Notes under the pieces: generated by a model | Databases searched by the model: none | Seen by the model: only the letters and a program-made list of their open reading frames with translations | What the model was told of the DNA's origin: nothing | In this document: in pieces, positions 29,561 to 42,288 of the stretch | Position numbering within the stretch: the stretch's first letter is position 1 | Layout of the letters: each line of letters begins with the position of its first letter | Position numbers and translations under genes: made by a program | Origin: the human T2T-CHM13v2.0 reference genome, Homo sapiens | Assembly (NCBI RefSeq): GCF_009914755.1 | Contig: NC_060936.1 | Reading direction: 5' to 3' (one strand) | Length of the DNA stretch: 64,000 nt

Positions 29561-29999
29561 GACTGTATGATCTCCATCATGAAATATATGTGTAAATTTG
29601 GAAAAGCTGATAATATGGTCAGGAGAATTTCTAAATAAATAAACGATTATACTAAAATAATTTTGATAAATTTCAGGTATGAAATCAAAAATAAGGTCAT
29701 TGTGGCTTTCAGGTATATATGTATATATATGTATATAAGACATAAGGATTTTAATTAACAGCAACTAAATAGAGTTAGTAGAGTGACATGTAGGCAAAAA
29801 TAAGCAAGGGAAAAATCTTAAGGCTTCATGAATACTCATTCATTCATTCATTTCTATTTATTGTGTACTAATCAAAGGAAATAAAAGACAATTATACTCT
29901 GCACTCTTAATACCATATCTCATACATGGCTCACAGTGTTCCAGATGTATGATTTAAAATTAACTTTTTAATAATTGGAATGGGTCTTGGTGACAAGAC

Positions 30000-30095
30000 A
30001 TGAAGAAAGGTCTGGATAACATGCCCTTTGAGAAAGAGTATACAAACTTAGGATGTTTAGCCTGAAAACTTTTCAAATATTTGAAGCGGGCAGAT
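30000..30095 (+). mobile_element. L3/CR1 fragment (ORF2 end)
   Basis: ggtctggataacatgccctttgag...aacttaggatgtttagcctg...tttcaaatatttgaag. Confidence 0.6.
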
Positions 30096-30551
30096 TTTAT
30101 TAAACTGCTCGTTCATTCATTCATTCATTCATTCTGGATTCACAGTATTAAAATATATTTAGCTTTTACAAGGTACTAAGTATGCCAGGCACTGTCCTTG
30201 GTACTAAGAGGAAAAAAAGACATGATTCCTAATCTGAAAGATTTTTTAGTATAGTGAAAGAGAAAGACAAGGAAAACCAAGCATCAGAGTATGTGCTATG
30301 TTAAAGGTATTCCCAGGGCACAGAGAAAGGGTATTCAGACCATACACTGGGGTCAGTGAAGGTTCCACAGAGAAAACTACATTTGAGTCAATAAGGGCAA
30401 TAGTAGGCAATAAGGGCAATTAGGGCAATAAGGAGGCGTTAACTAGCTGAAGGACAGGGAAGAAGAGAGAACATTCCAAGAAGAGGAAACCGAATGTGTG
30501 ACTATACAGAAAAAGCAAAAGAGCATAAAATAAGTGGTAAAAATACAAGTG

Positions 30552-30673
30552 CAATCATGTATTGCTTAATGACAGAGATACATTCTGACAAAAGTGTTGT
30601 TAGGTGATTTCATCGTTGTGCAAACATGGCAGTGTGTACATACACAAGCCTAGACGGGATAGCCTACTACACA
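30552..30673. mobile_element. Tigger3 terminal fragment
   Basis: Reverse-complement match to the end of the Tigger3b at ~50510-50629. Confidence 0.85.
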
Positions 30674-31068
30674 TATGCATTTTCACTATAAGGCACATCA
30701 CAGCCTTCTTGTACTTAGGAACACCAGGCAGCACTTTGGCACTATGCTTGGGGCCATTTTAAACAGTGGAACCACCAAACACACACACACACACACACAC
30801 ACATGCAAGATATGTGGCACTAGCATTAAGTAGACCTGGAAAGGAAACTTTTTTCAGTATGAGAGCTAAAACAAGAAGGCAGGGCATTGCCTTGTCCAAC
30901 CACAGCTAAAAATGGGCCTGTTGGGTGACAAATTTTTTACCATCTTTCTGCTCATGTCCAGGAATAACTGTGAAAGCACGGCAAATATTGATCTTTAGGG
31001 TTACAAATGCATTTTAGTGAGTAGACAAATGAGCAAGCATGGAATACGCAAGCAATGGGAATTGACTG
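30670..31068 (-). mobile_element. MER82 (TcMar-Tigger), partial
   Basis: aaggcacatcacagccttcttg...ggggccattttaaacag...gggttacaaat...attgactg followed by TA. Confidence 0.75.
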
Positions 31069-32039
31069 TAGTTATAGTAGTCTAAGTTATGGTTGATGAA
31101 CACCTGAATTAAGGCAGCAGCAATGGGGATAGAGTGAAGGGGACAGGTCCACTCATTAAAAATATTGAATTTTGACAATGTACAAAGTTTGGCGTCAAGA
31201 GTCAAAGATACGGTGGAGCCTCTCAACCCTGAGGTATGTTGGTGATGAAGAGAATTGCAGGGCGGGTGGAGAATTGTGGGGAATTGACGAAAGCGGCATA
31301 AGAAATATTACCAGAAGAGATTGGTGATATCATGAAGTTTGATATTCATGGCACTCAGTTCCAGGGGCATACTGGGAGGGTTCGGAAGATAAGGGATAGG
31401 TGGAAAATTAGGTTAGCACAAGGAAGCATAAAACAATGTGAGTGATGATAAGATAGAAGACCAAAATCCAGAGATACCTGCATTGAGTCCTTAAAAATGC
31501 AGTTTTTTTCTAGTTTTTATTTTTACTTTAAAAAATATTTTATTTTAATTTTTGTGGGTACACAGTAGGTGTATATATTTATGGGGTACATGAGATATTT
31601 TGATAGAGGCATACAATACATAATAATCACTTCTGGGTAAATGGGGTATCCATCCACTCAAACATTTATTCTTTGTGTTACAAACAATCCAGTTATATTC
31701 TTTTAAGTTATTATATTTTAAAATGTACAAATAAATTATTATTGACTATGGTCACTCCCTGTTGTGCTATGAAATACGCGATATTATTCATTCTTTCTAA
31801 CTATATTTTTATGCCTATTAATGATCCCCACTTCCCCCTCACCACCCCACCCACTTCCCTTCCCAACCTCTGGTAACCATCCTTCTACTGTCTATGTCCA
31901 TGAGTTCAATTGCTTTGATTTTTAGATCCCACAAATAAGTGAGAACATGTGATGTTTGTCTTTCCATGCCTGGCTTATTTCACTTAGCAGAATGACCTCC
32001 AGTTCCATCCATGTTATTGCAAATGATATGATCTCATTC

Positions 32040-35000
32040 TTTTTTTTATACTTTAAGTTCTGGGATACATGTGCAGAACATGCAGGTTTGTTACATATGT
32101 ATAAATGTGCCATGGCAGTTTGCTGCACCCATCAACCCATTATCTACATTACGTATTTCTCCTAATGTTTTCCCCCCCTAGCCCCCCACCCGCCAACAGG
32201 CCCCAGTGTGTGATGTTCCCCTCCTTGTGTCCATGTATTCTCACTGTTCAGCTCCCACTTATGAGTGAGAACATGCCGTGTTTGGTGTTCTGTTTCTGTG
32301 TTAGTTTGCTGAGAATGATGGTTTCCAGCTTCATCCATGTCCCTACAAAGGACATGAATTCATCCTTTTTTATGGCTGCTTAGTATTCCTTGGTGTATAT
32401 GTGCCACATTTTCTTTATCCAGTCTATCATTGATGGGCATTTGGGTTGGTTCCAAGTCTTTGCTATTGTGAACAGTGCTTCAATAAACATACGTGTGCAT
32501 GTGTCTTTATAGTAGAATGATGTATAATCCTTTGGATATATACCCAGTAATGGGATGGCTGGGTCAAATGGTATTTCTGGTTCTAGATCCTTGAGGAATT
32601 TCCAACTGTCTTCCACAACGGTTGAACTAATTTACACTCCTACCAACAGTGTAAAAGTGTTCCTATTTCTCCACATCCTCTCCAGCATCTGCTATTTCCT
32701 GACTTTTTAATGATTGCCATTCTAACTGGCATAAGATGGTATCTCATTGTGGTTTTGATTTGCATTTCTCTAATGATCAATGATGATGAACTTTTTTTCA
32801 TATATTTGTTGGCTGCATAAATGTTTTCTGTGTGTCTATCTCCTTCAATTCTGCTCTGTCTTAGTTATTTCTTGTCTTCTGCTGGCTTTTGAATTTGTTT
32901 GCTCTTGCTTCTCTAGTTCTTTCCATTGTGATGTTAGGGTATCGATTTTAGATCTTTCCTGCTTTCTCCTGTGGGCATTTAGTACTATAAATTTCTCTCT
33001 AAACACTGCTTTAGCTGTATCCCAGAGATTCTGGTACATTGTGTCTTTGTTCTCATTGGTTTCAAAGAACTTATTTATTTCTGCCTTAATTTCGTTATTT
33101 ACCCAGTAGTCATTCAGGAACAGGTTGTTCAGTTTCCATGTAGTTGTGTGGTTTTGAGTGAGTTTCTTAATCCTGAGTTCTAATTTGATTGCACTGTGGT
33201 CTGAGAGACTATTTGTTATGATTTCCTTTCTTTTGCATTTGTTAAGGAGTGTTTTACTTCCAGTTACGTGGTCAATTTTAGAATAAGTGTGATGTGGTGC
33301 TGAGAAGAATGTATATTCTGTTGACTTGGGGTGGAGAGTTCTGTAGATGTCTATTACGTCCACTTGGTCCAGAGCTGAGTTCAAGTCCTGAATATCCTTG
33401 TTAATTTTCTGTCTCATTGATCTGTCTAATATTGACAGTGAGGTGTTAAAGTCTCCAGCTATTATTGTGTGGGAGTCTAAGTCTCTTTGCAGGTCACTAA
33501 GGACTTGCTTTATGAATCTGGGTGCTCCTGTATTGTGTGTATATATAGTTAGGATAGTTGGTTCTTCTTGTTGAATTGATCCCTTTATCATTATGTAATG
33601 GCCTTCTTTGTCTCTTTTGATCTTTGTTGGTTTAAAGTCTGTTTTATCAGAGACTAGGATTGCAACCCCTGCTTTTCTTTTTCTTTTTCTTTCTTTCTTT
33701 TTTTTTTTTTTTTTTTTTTTTTGCTTTCCATTTGCTTGGTAAATATTCCTCCATTCCTTTATTGTGAACCTATGTGCATCTTTGCATGTGAGATGGGTCT
33801 CCTGAATACAGCACACCAATGGGTCTTGACTCTATCCAATTTGCCAGTCTGTGTCTTTTAATTGGGGCATTTAGCTCATTTACATTTAAGGTTAATATTG
33901 TTATGTGTGAATTTGATCCTGGCATTATGATGCTAGCTGGCTATTTTGCCAGTTAGTTGATGCAGTTTCTTCATAGTGTTGATGGCCTTTACAATTTACT
34001 ATGTTTTTGCTGTGGCTGGTACTGGTTTTTCCTTTCCATATTTAGTACTTCCTTCAGGAGCTCTTGTAAGGCAGGCCTGGTGGTGACAAAATCTCTCAGC
34101 ATTTGCTTGTCTGTAAAGGATTTTTTTTCTCCTTCGCTTATGAAACTTAGTTTGGCTGGATATGAAATTCTGGGTTGAAAATTCTTTTCTTCAAGAACGT
34201 TGAATATTGGCCCCCACTCTCTTCTGGCTTGTAGGGTTTCTGCCAATAGAACCACTGTTAGTCTGATGGGCTTCCCTTTGTGGGTAACCTGACCTTTCTC
34301 TCTGGCTGCCCTTAACATTTTTTCCTTCATTTCAACCTTGGTGAATCTGACGATTATGTGTCTTGGGGTTGCTATTCTTGAGGAGTATCTTTGTGGTGTT
34401 CTCTGTATTTCCTGAATTTGAGTGTTGTCCTGTCTTGCAAGGTTGGGGAAGTTCTTCTGGATAATATCCTGAAGAGTGTTTCCAACTTGGCTGCATTCTC
34501 CCCGTCAATTTCAGGTACACCAATCAAATGTAGGTTTAGTTTTTTCACAGTCCCATATTTCTTGGAGGCTTTGTTCATTCCTTTTCGTGCTTTTTTCTCT
34601 AATCTTGTCTTCATGCTTTATTTCATTAAGTTGATCTTCAATCTCTGATAGCTTTTCTTCCACTTGATTGATTCGGCTATTGATACTTGTGTATGCTACA
34701 CAGAGTTCTCATGCTGGGTTTTTCAGTTCCATCAGGTCATTTATGGTTATTCTAGTTAGCAATTCATCTAACTTTTTCCCAAGGTTCTTTGCTTCCTTGC
34801 ATTGGGTTAGAACATGCTCCTTTAGCTCGGAGGAGTTTGTTATTACCCATCTTCTGAAGCCTACTTCACCATCCACCATCCAGTTTTGTTCCCTTCCTGG
34901 CGAAGAGCTGTGATCCTTTGGAGAAGAAGAGGAGTGCTTGTTTTTGGAATTTTCAGCCTTTTTGCGCTGGTTTTTCCTCAACTTTGTGGATTTATCTACC

Positions 35001-35524
35001 TTTGGTCTTTGATGTTGGTGACCTTCGGATGGGGTTTCTCAGTGGACGTCCTTTTTGTTGATGTTGATGCTATTCCTTTCTGTTTGTTAGTTTTCCTTCT
35101 GACAGGCCTCTCTGCTGCAGGTCTGCTAGAGTTTGCTAGGGGATCACCAGATCCTGTTTGCCTGGGTATCACAAGCAAAGGCTGCAGAACAGCAATGATT
35201 GCTCCCTGTTCCTTCCTCAGGAAGCTTCATCCCAGAGGGGCACCTGCCAGATGCCAGCCAGAGCTCTCCTGTATGAGGTGTCTGTCTACCCCTGCCAAGA
35301 GGTGTCTCCCAGTCAGGAGGCCCAGGGATCAGGGACCCACTTGAGGAGGCAGTCTGTCCCTTAGCAGAGCTCGAGTGCTGTGCTAGGAGATCCACTGCTC
35401 TCTTCAGAGCCGGTAGGCAGGAACGTTTAAATCTCCTGAAGCTGCCCCCACAGCCATCCCTTCCTCCAAGTGGTCTGTCCCAGGGAGATGGGAGTTTCAT
35501 CTATAAGCCCCTAACTGGGGCTGG
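32040..35524 (-). mobile_element. L1PA7/8-like element nested in the L1MA; 5'-truncated within the 5'UTR, with a ~2.2-kb internal deletion
   Basis: TSD gatctcattcttttt at 32030-32044 / 35525-35539; ORF1 34981-33989; EN ORF 32845-33819; deletion junction near 32828. Confidence 0.95.
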
Positions 35525-38361
35525 GATCTCATTCTTTTTACGGCTGAACAGTACTCCATTGCATATACGTACCACATTTTCTTTATCCATTCATTTGTTT
35601 GGTGAACACTTAGGTGGCCTCCAAATCTTGGCTATTGTGAATAGTGCTACAATAAACATGGGAGTGCAGATATAGCTTTGATTTACTGATTTCCTTTCTT
35701 TTGGATATATTCTTAGCAGTAGGGTTACTATCATATGGTAGCTCTATTTTTAGCTTTTTGAGGAACCTCCAAACTGTTCTCCATAGTGGTTGTACTAATT
35801 TACATTAGCAACAAGAGTGTTCGAGAGTTCTCTTTTCTCCACATCCTTGCCAGCATTCGTTATTGGATAAAAGCCTTTTGGATAAAAGCCATTTTAACTA
35901 AGGTCATGTTATCTCATTGTAGTTTTGATTTTCATTTCTCTGAGGATCAATGATGTTAAGCACCTTTTCATATACCTGTTTGCCATTTGTATGTCTTCTT
36001 TTGAGAAATGTCTATTAAGATTTTTTGCCCATTTTAAAACTTGTATTATTAGATTTTTTTATAGAGTTGTTTGAACTCCTTATACATTCTGATTATTAGT
36101 CCCTTGTCAGATAGATAGTTTGCAAATATTTTCTCCCATTCTGTGGGTTGTCTCATCCCTGTGTTGATTGTATCCTTTGCTGTGCAGGATCTTTTTAATT
36201 TGATGTGATCACATGTGTCCATCTTTTCTTTGGTTGCCTATGCTTGTGGGATGTTACTCAAGAAATCTTTGCCTAGACAAATGTCCTAGAGTATTTCTCC
36301 AATGTTTTCTTGTAGCAGTTTCATAGTGTGAGGTCTTAGATTTAAACCTTTGATCTATTTTGGTTTGATTTCTGTATACAGTGAGAGAGAGAGGGGGGTC
36401 TAGTTTCATTCTTCTGCATATGGATCACAGCACCAATTATTTGAAGGCACTGTCCTTTCCTCAATGTATATTCTTGGCACCTTTGTCAAAAATGAGTTAA
36501 CTGTAGATGTATGGATTTTTTTCTGGGTTCTCTATTCTGTTTCATTTGTGTATGTGTCTGATTTTATGCCAGTACCATGGCATTTTTATTATTATAGCTC
36601 TGTAGTGTAATATGAAGTCAGTTAGTGTGATTCCTCCAGTTTGTTCTTTTGCTTGGATAAATTTAGCTATTCTGTTTTTTCTGGTGGGGTCCATATAAAT
36701 TTTAGAATTTTTTTTCTATTTCTGCGAAAGATGTCATTGGTATTTTGATGGATATTGCATTGAATTGTAGATTGCTTTGGGAAGTATGGCCATTTTAACA
36801 ATATTTATTCTTTTAATACATGAACATGGAATATGTTTCCATTTTTTGTGTCCTTTTCAATTTTTTACATCAATGTTTTATAGTTTTCATTGTAGAGATC
36901 TTTCACTTCTTTGGTTAAGTTCATTCCTATGTATTTAATTTCATTTATAGCCATTATAAATGGGATTCTTTTGAAGATTACTTGCTGTTAGCAAAAAGAA
37001 ATTCTATTTTTGTATGTTTATTTTGTATCCTGCAACTTTACTGAATTTGTTAAGTTTTAATAGTTTCTTGGTGAAGTTTTTAGGTTTTTCTAAATATAAG
37101 ATATTATCTGCAAACAGGATAATTTGACTCTTCCTTTTCAGTTTGGATGCCCTTTATTTGTTTCTGTTGTCTCATTGTTCTAGCTAGGATTTCCAATAGT
37201 ATGTTGAATAACAGTGGTGAAAGTGGGCATCCTTGTCTTCTTAAAGATCTTAGAGGAAAGGCTTTCAGTTTTTCCCCATCCAGTATTATACTCACTGTGG
37301 ATCTGTCACATATGGCTTTTATTATGTTGAAGTATGCTCTTTAATATCTAGTTTTTTTAAGTCTTTATCATGAAGGGATGTTGAATTTCATCAAATGCTT
37401 TTTCAGCATCAATTAAAATGATTATGTGGTTTTTGTCCTTCATTCTGTTGATATGAGCTATCATATTGATTGATTTGCATATGTTGAACCATCATTGTAT
37501 CCCTGGGATAAATCCCACTTGGTCATGAGGAATGATCTTTTTAATGAGTGGTTGAATTTGATTTGCTAGTATTTTGTTGAGGATTTTTGCATCAATGTTC
37601 ATCAGTGATACTGAGCTGTAGTTTTCTTTTTTTGAGATATCTTTGTCTGGTTTTTATATCAGGGTAATATTGACCTTATAAGATAAGTTTGGAAATTTTC
37701 CCTTCTCCTCTATTTTTGGAATAGTTTGAATAGAACTGGTATTCGTTCTTTAAATGTTTGGTAGAATTCAGCAGTGAAGCCACCAGGTCCTGGGCTTTTT
37801 ATTGCTCAGAGATTATTTTGGCTTCAATTTTGTTACTTATTATTTGTCTGCTCAGGTTTTGGATTTCTTCATGGTTCAATCTTGATAGGTTGAATTTTTC
37901 TAGGAATTTATCAATTTCTTCCAGGTTTTCCAATTTGTTACATATAATGGCTCATAGTAGCCCTTAATTATCCTTTGAATTTCTGTGTTATCAGTTGTAA
38001 TGTGTCCTTTTTCATCTCTTATTTTATTTATTTGTGCCTTCTGTCTTTTGTAAGTCTCTCTAAGGTTTGTCAATTTTGTTTATCTTTTCAAAAAACCTAC
38101 TTTTCATTTTGTTGATCTTTTATATTGTTTTCCTTGTTCCAATTTCATTTATTTCTGCTCTGATCTTTATTATTTCTTTTCTTCTACTAATTTTAAGTTT
38201 GCTTTGCTCTTGCTTTTCTAGTCATTTAAGATGGTTATTTATTTGAAGTTTTTCTACTTTTTTAATGTAGGCACTTAGAGCTATAAACTTGCCTCAGTAC
38301 TGTTTTGCTGCATCTCATAGGTTTTGATATGTGTATTTCCATTATCATTTGTTTCAAGAAA

Positions 38362-38366
<5 letters not shown>

Positions 38367-38408
<42 letters not shown>

Positions 38409-38717
38409 GGAGATGCTATTTCACTCTTGTTGCCCAGGCTGGAGTGCAATGGCGCAATCTCGGCTCACTGCAACCTCCGCCTTTCAGTTCAAGTGATTCC
38501 CCTGCCTCAGCCTCCCAAGTGGTAGCTTCCTGAGTAATCCCAAGTAGCTGGGATTATAGGTGCCTGCTGCCATGCCTGGCAAATTTTGTATTTTTAGTAG
38601 ATACGGGGTTTCACCATGTTGGCCAGGCTGGTCTTGAACTCTTGACCTCAGGTGATCCTCCTCTGCCTCGGCCTCCCAAAGTGCTGGGATTATAGGCATG
38701 AGCCACCAAGCCCAGCC
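38367..38717 (-). mobile_element. AluSq/Sp-like, nested in the L1MA
   Basis: TSD tgtttcaagaaattttt at 38350-38366 / 38718-38734. Confidence 0.95.
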
Positions 38718-41700
38718 TGTTTCAAGAAATTTTTAAATTTTCTGCTTAATTTCTTTATTGACCCACTGGTCACTTAGGAGCATATTGTTTAATTTCCATG
38801 TGTTCGTATAGTTTACAAAACTTTTCTTGTTATTGATTTCTAGTTTTATTCCCTTGTGTTTAGAGAAGATACTTGTTATTATTTCAAATTTTTAAAATGT
38901 TTTAAGGCTTGTTTGTGGCCTAATATATGATCTATCTTTGAAAATAATCCATGTGTTGGGGAGAATGTGTTTTCTGCAGCTCTTGGATGAAATATGTGGT
39001 AAATATCTATTAGGTCCATTTGGTCTATAGTGCAGATTAAGCCTGATGTTTCTTTGCTGATTTTCTGTCTAGATAATCTGCCCAATGCTGAAAGTGAGGT
39101 GTTGAAGTCTCCAGCTATTATTGTATTGGGACCTATCTCTCTCTTTTGCTCTAATAATATATGCTTTATACATCTGGGTACTCCAGTGTTGGGTGCATAT
39201 ACATTTAAGTTGTTATATCCTCTTGCTGAATTGACTACTTTATCATTATATAATGAACTTCTTTGTCTCTTTTTATAGTTTCTGTCTTGAAATCTTTTTT
39301 TGTCTTACGTAAGTATAGCTACTTCTGCTCTTTTTTGGTTTCTACTTGCATGGGGTATCTTTTTCCATCCCTTTATTTTCAGTCTATGTATGTCTTTATG
39401 GGTTAAGTGTTTTTCTTCTACGCAGCATATCATTTGGTCTTTTTTTTTTATTCATTCAGTCACTTTATGTTTTTTGATTGGCAAGTTTAGCCCATTTACA
39501 TTTGATGTTATACTGATAAGTAATGACTTGCTCCTGCCATTTTGTTATTTGTTTCTTGGTTGTTTTGTGGTCTTTTCTTAAATATTTTCTTTCTTCCTGT
39601 CTTCCAATTAATGAAGGTGATTTTCTCTGGCAGTATATTTTAATTTCTTGCTTTTTATATGTTGTGTATGCATTGTATGTTTTTTGATTAAGGTTGCCAC
39701 AGGCTTGCAGATACTATCTCATAATCCATTATTTTAAACCAAGGACAACTTAAAGACACTGATGGCACAAACAAAGTAACAAACAAACAAAGAAAAAACA
39801 AACACTGTACATTTTAACTTTGTCACCCCACCTTTTAACATTTTCTTACTTCTATTTATATCTTACTGTACTATGTCTTGAAAAGTTGTAGTTATTATTT
39901 TTGATTGGTTCATCTTTTAGTTTTTATTTTTACTTGAGATTCAAGTTCACGCACCACAGTTACAGTGTTACAACATTCTGTGTTTTTCTGTGTACTTACT
40001 GTCACTGGTGACAAAAGTACCTTCAGATGATTTCTTATTGCTCATTAACATCCTTTTCTTTCAGATTGCAGAACTCTCATTAGCATTTCTTGTAGGACAT
40101 GTCTGGTGTTTTTGTTTGTCTGGAAAAGTCTTTATTTCTTTCTCATATTTGAAGGATGTTTCACTGGATATACTATTCTGGGATTAATTTTTTTTTCCTT
40201 TGGCACTTTATTATGTCATACCACTCTCTCCTGGCCTGTAAGTGTTCCACTGAAAAGTCTGCCACCAGATGTATTGAAGCTCCATTGTTTCTTTCCTTTT
40301 GCTGCTTTTCGGATCCTTTCTTTCTCCTTGACCTTTGGGAGTTTGATTATTAAATATCTTGAGGTAATCTTCTCGGGTTAAATCTCCTTGGTTTTCTATG
40401 ATCTTCTTGTACTTGAATATTCATATCTTTCACTAGGTTTGAGAAGTTCTTTGTCATTATCCCTTTGGATAAACTTTCTACCCCTAACTCTATCTCCTCC
40501 TTAAGGTCAATAATTCTTAGATTTGCTCTTTCGAGGCTATTCTCTAGATTTTCTAGGTATGCTTCATTTCTTAAAGTTCTTGTTTCTTTTGTCTCCTTTG
40601 ACCCTGCATTTTCAAATAGCCTACATTTAAGCTTACTAATTCTTTCTTCTACTTGATCTCTCCTGCTCTTAAGAGACTCTGAGGCATTCTTCAGGATGTC
40701 AATTGCATTTTTTTCAACTCCTGAATTTCTGCTTGATTCTTTCTAATTATTTTAATCTCTTTGCTAAATTTATCTGATAAGATTCTGAATTCCTTCTCTG
40801 TGTTATCTTGCATGGCTTTGAGTTTCCTCAACACAGCAATTTGGAATTCTGTCTGAAAGTTCACAAATCTCTGTCTTTCTGGGATTGGTCCTGAGTACCT
40901 TATTTACTTCATTTGGTTAGATCATATTTTCCTGGACAGTCTTGATGCTTGTGGATGTTCACTGGTGTCTGGGCATAGAAGAGTTATGTATTTATTGTCA
41001 TCTTTGCAGTCCGGGCTTGTCTATACCCATCTTTCTTGGAAAAAGGCTTTTTAGATATTCAAAGTGACTTGGGTGCTGTGATCTGAGTTTTTGGTCACTG
41101 CAATTGTATCTGTATTAGGGGGTACCCCAAGCCCATTATGCTATGCTTCTTGCAGACTTGTAGAAGTACTGTTTCGGTGATCTTGGATAAGATCTGGAAT
41201 ACTCTGGATTACCAGGCAGAGAGTCTTGTTCATTGTTTGCACAAAACAATGGAGTTTCTCTCTGTGCTGAGCTGCCTAGAACTGGTGGAGGAATGACACA
41301 AGCACCCCTTTGGCCACCACCACTGGGATTATGCTGCGTAAGACTTGAAGCCAGCACAGCACTGAGTCTTGCCTAAGGCCTACTATAACCACTACCTGGC
41401 CACCACCTATGTTTGCTTAAAGCCTTTAGGGCCCTACAATCAGCAGGTGGCAAAGCCAGCCAGAATTGTGTCCTTCCCTTAAGGATGGTGAGTTCCCTTG
41501 GGCCCTGGGCAGGTCCAAAGATGCCATCTGGGAGCCACTGCCTGGAGTCAGAAACCTTAGAAGTCTGCCTGGTGCTCTATTCTACTGCATCTGAGCTGGC
41601 ATGCAAAGCACAAGACAAGGTCCTTCCCATTCCTCCCTCTCCTTTCCACAGGCAGAGGAGTCTCTCCCCATGGCCACCACCACAGGCCCATGGGGAGTAC

Positions 41701-42029
41701 TGCCAGGCTACCACCAATGTTCACTTAAGGCCCGAGGTTCTTCAGCCAGCTGTGGTGAATGCTTCCAGGCCTGGAACTCACCCTTCAGGGCAGTGGGCTC
41801 TCCTCTGGCCCAGGGCAGGTCCAGAAATGCTGTCCAATAGCCTAGGCCTAGAACTGGGGACTCGAAGAGACCACTTAGTTCTCTACCCCACTGTGACCGA
41901 GCTGGCACCTAAGGTGCCCTTTACTCTTCTTTGCTTTTCTCAAGCAGAAGGATTCTCTCTCCATAGCCACCAGAGCTGGCAATGTTCTGGGTCACACCTG
42001 AAGCCAGCACGTCTCAGAGTCTCACTCAA

Positions 42030-42288
42030 GTCCCGCAGCGTGTACCACCTGGCTATTACTGCTCATTATTCAGGGCCCAAGGGCTCTTTAGTCAGCAGGT
42101 GATGAATCCTTTGAGGACTGGGTCCTTTCCTTTACGGCAACAGTTTCCCTCTGGGACAGTGTGTCCCCCAGTGTGTACGACCTGGCTATTACTGCTAATT
42201 ATTCAGGGACCAACGGCTCTTTAGTCAGCAGGTAATGAATCCTTTGAGGACTGGCTCCTTTCCTTTAAGGCAGCAGGTTCCCTTCTGG
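42030..42288. repeat. 133-bp-period tandem duplication in the L1MA 5'UTR
   Basis: tgtaccacctggctattactgct at 42041 and tgtacgacctggctattactgct at 42174. Confidence 0.9.

Larger units (their letters stand above)
30110..31480 (-). mobile_element. L2 interrupted by Tigger3/MER82
   Basis: (TTCA)n 3' tail, tatgccaggcactgt, gaacattccaagaagaggaaac; resumes after 31070. Confidence 0.7.

Noticed and set aside
30389-30433. Short taagggcaa-type repeats
   Set aside because: Small degenerate slippage repeat inside L2; no further structure
41413-42102. 229-aa ORF on the + strand
   Set aside because: Starts at TTG, antisense within a GC-rich L1MA 5'UTR, no recognisable protein; likely chance
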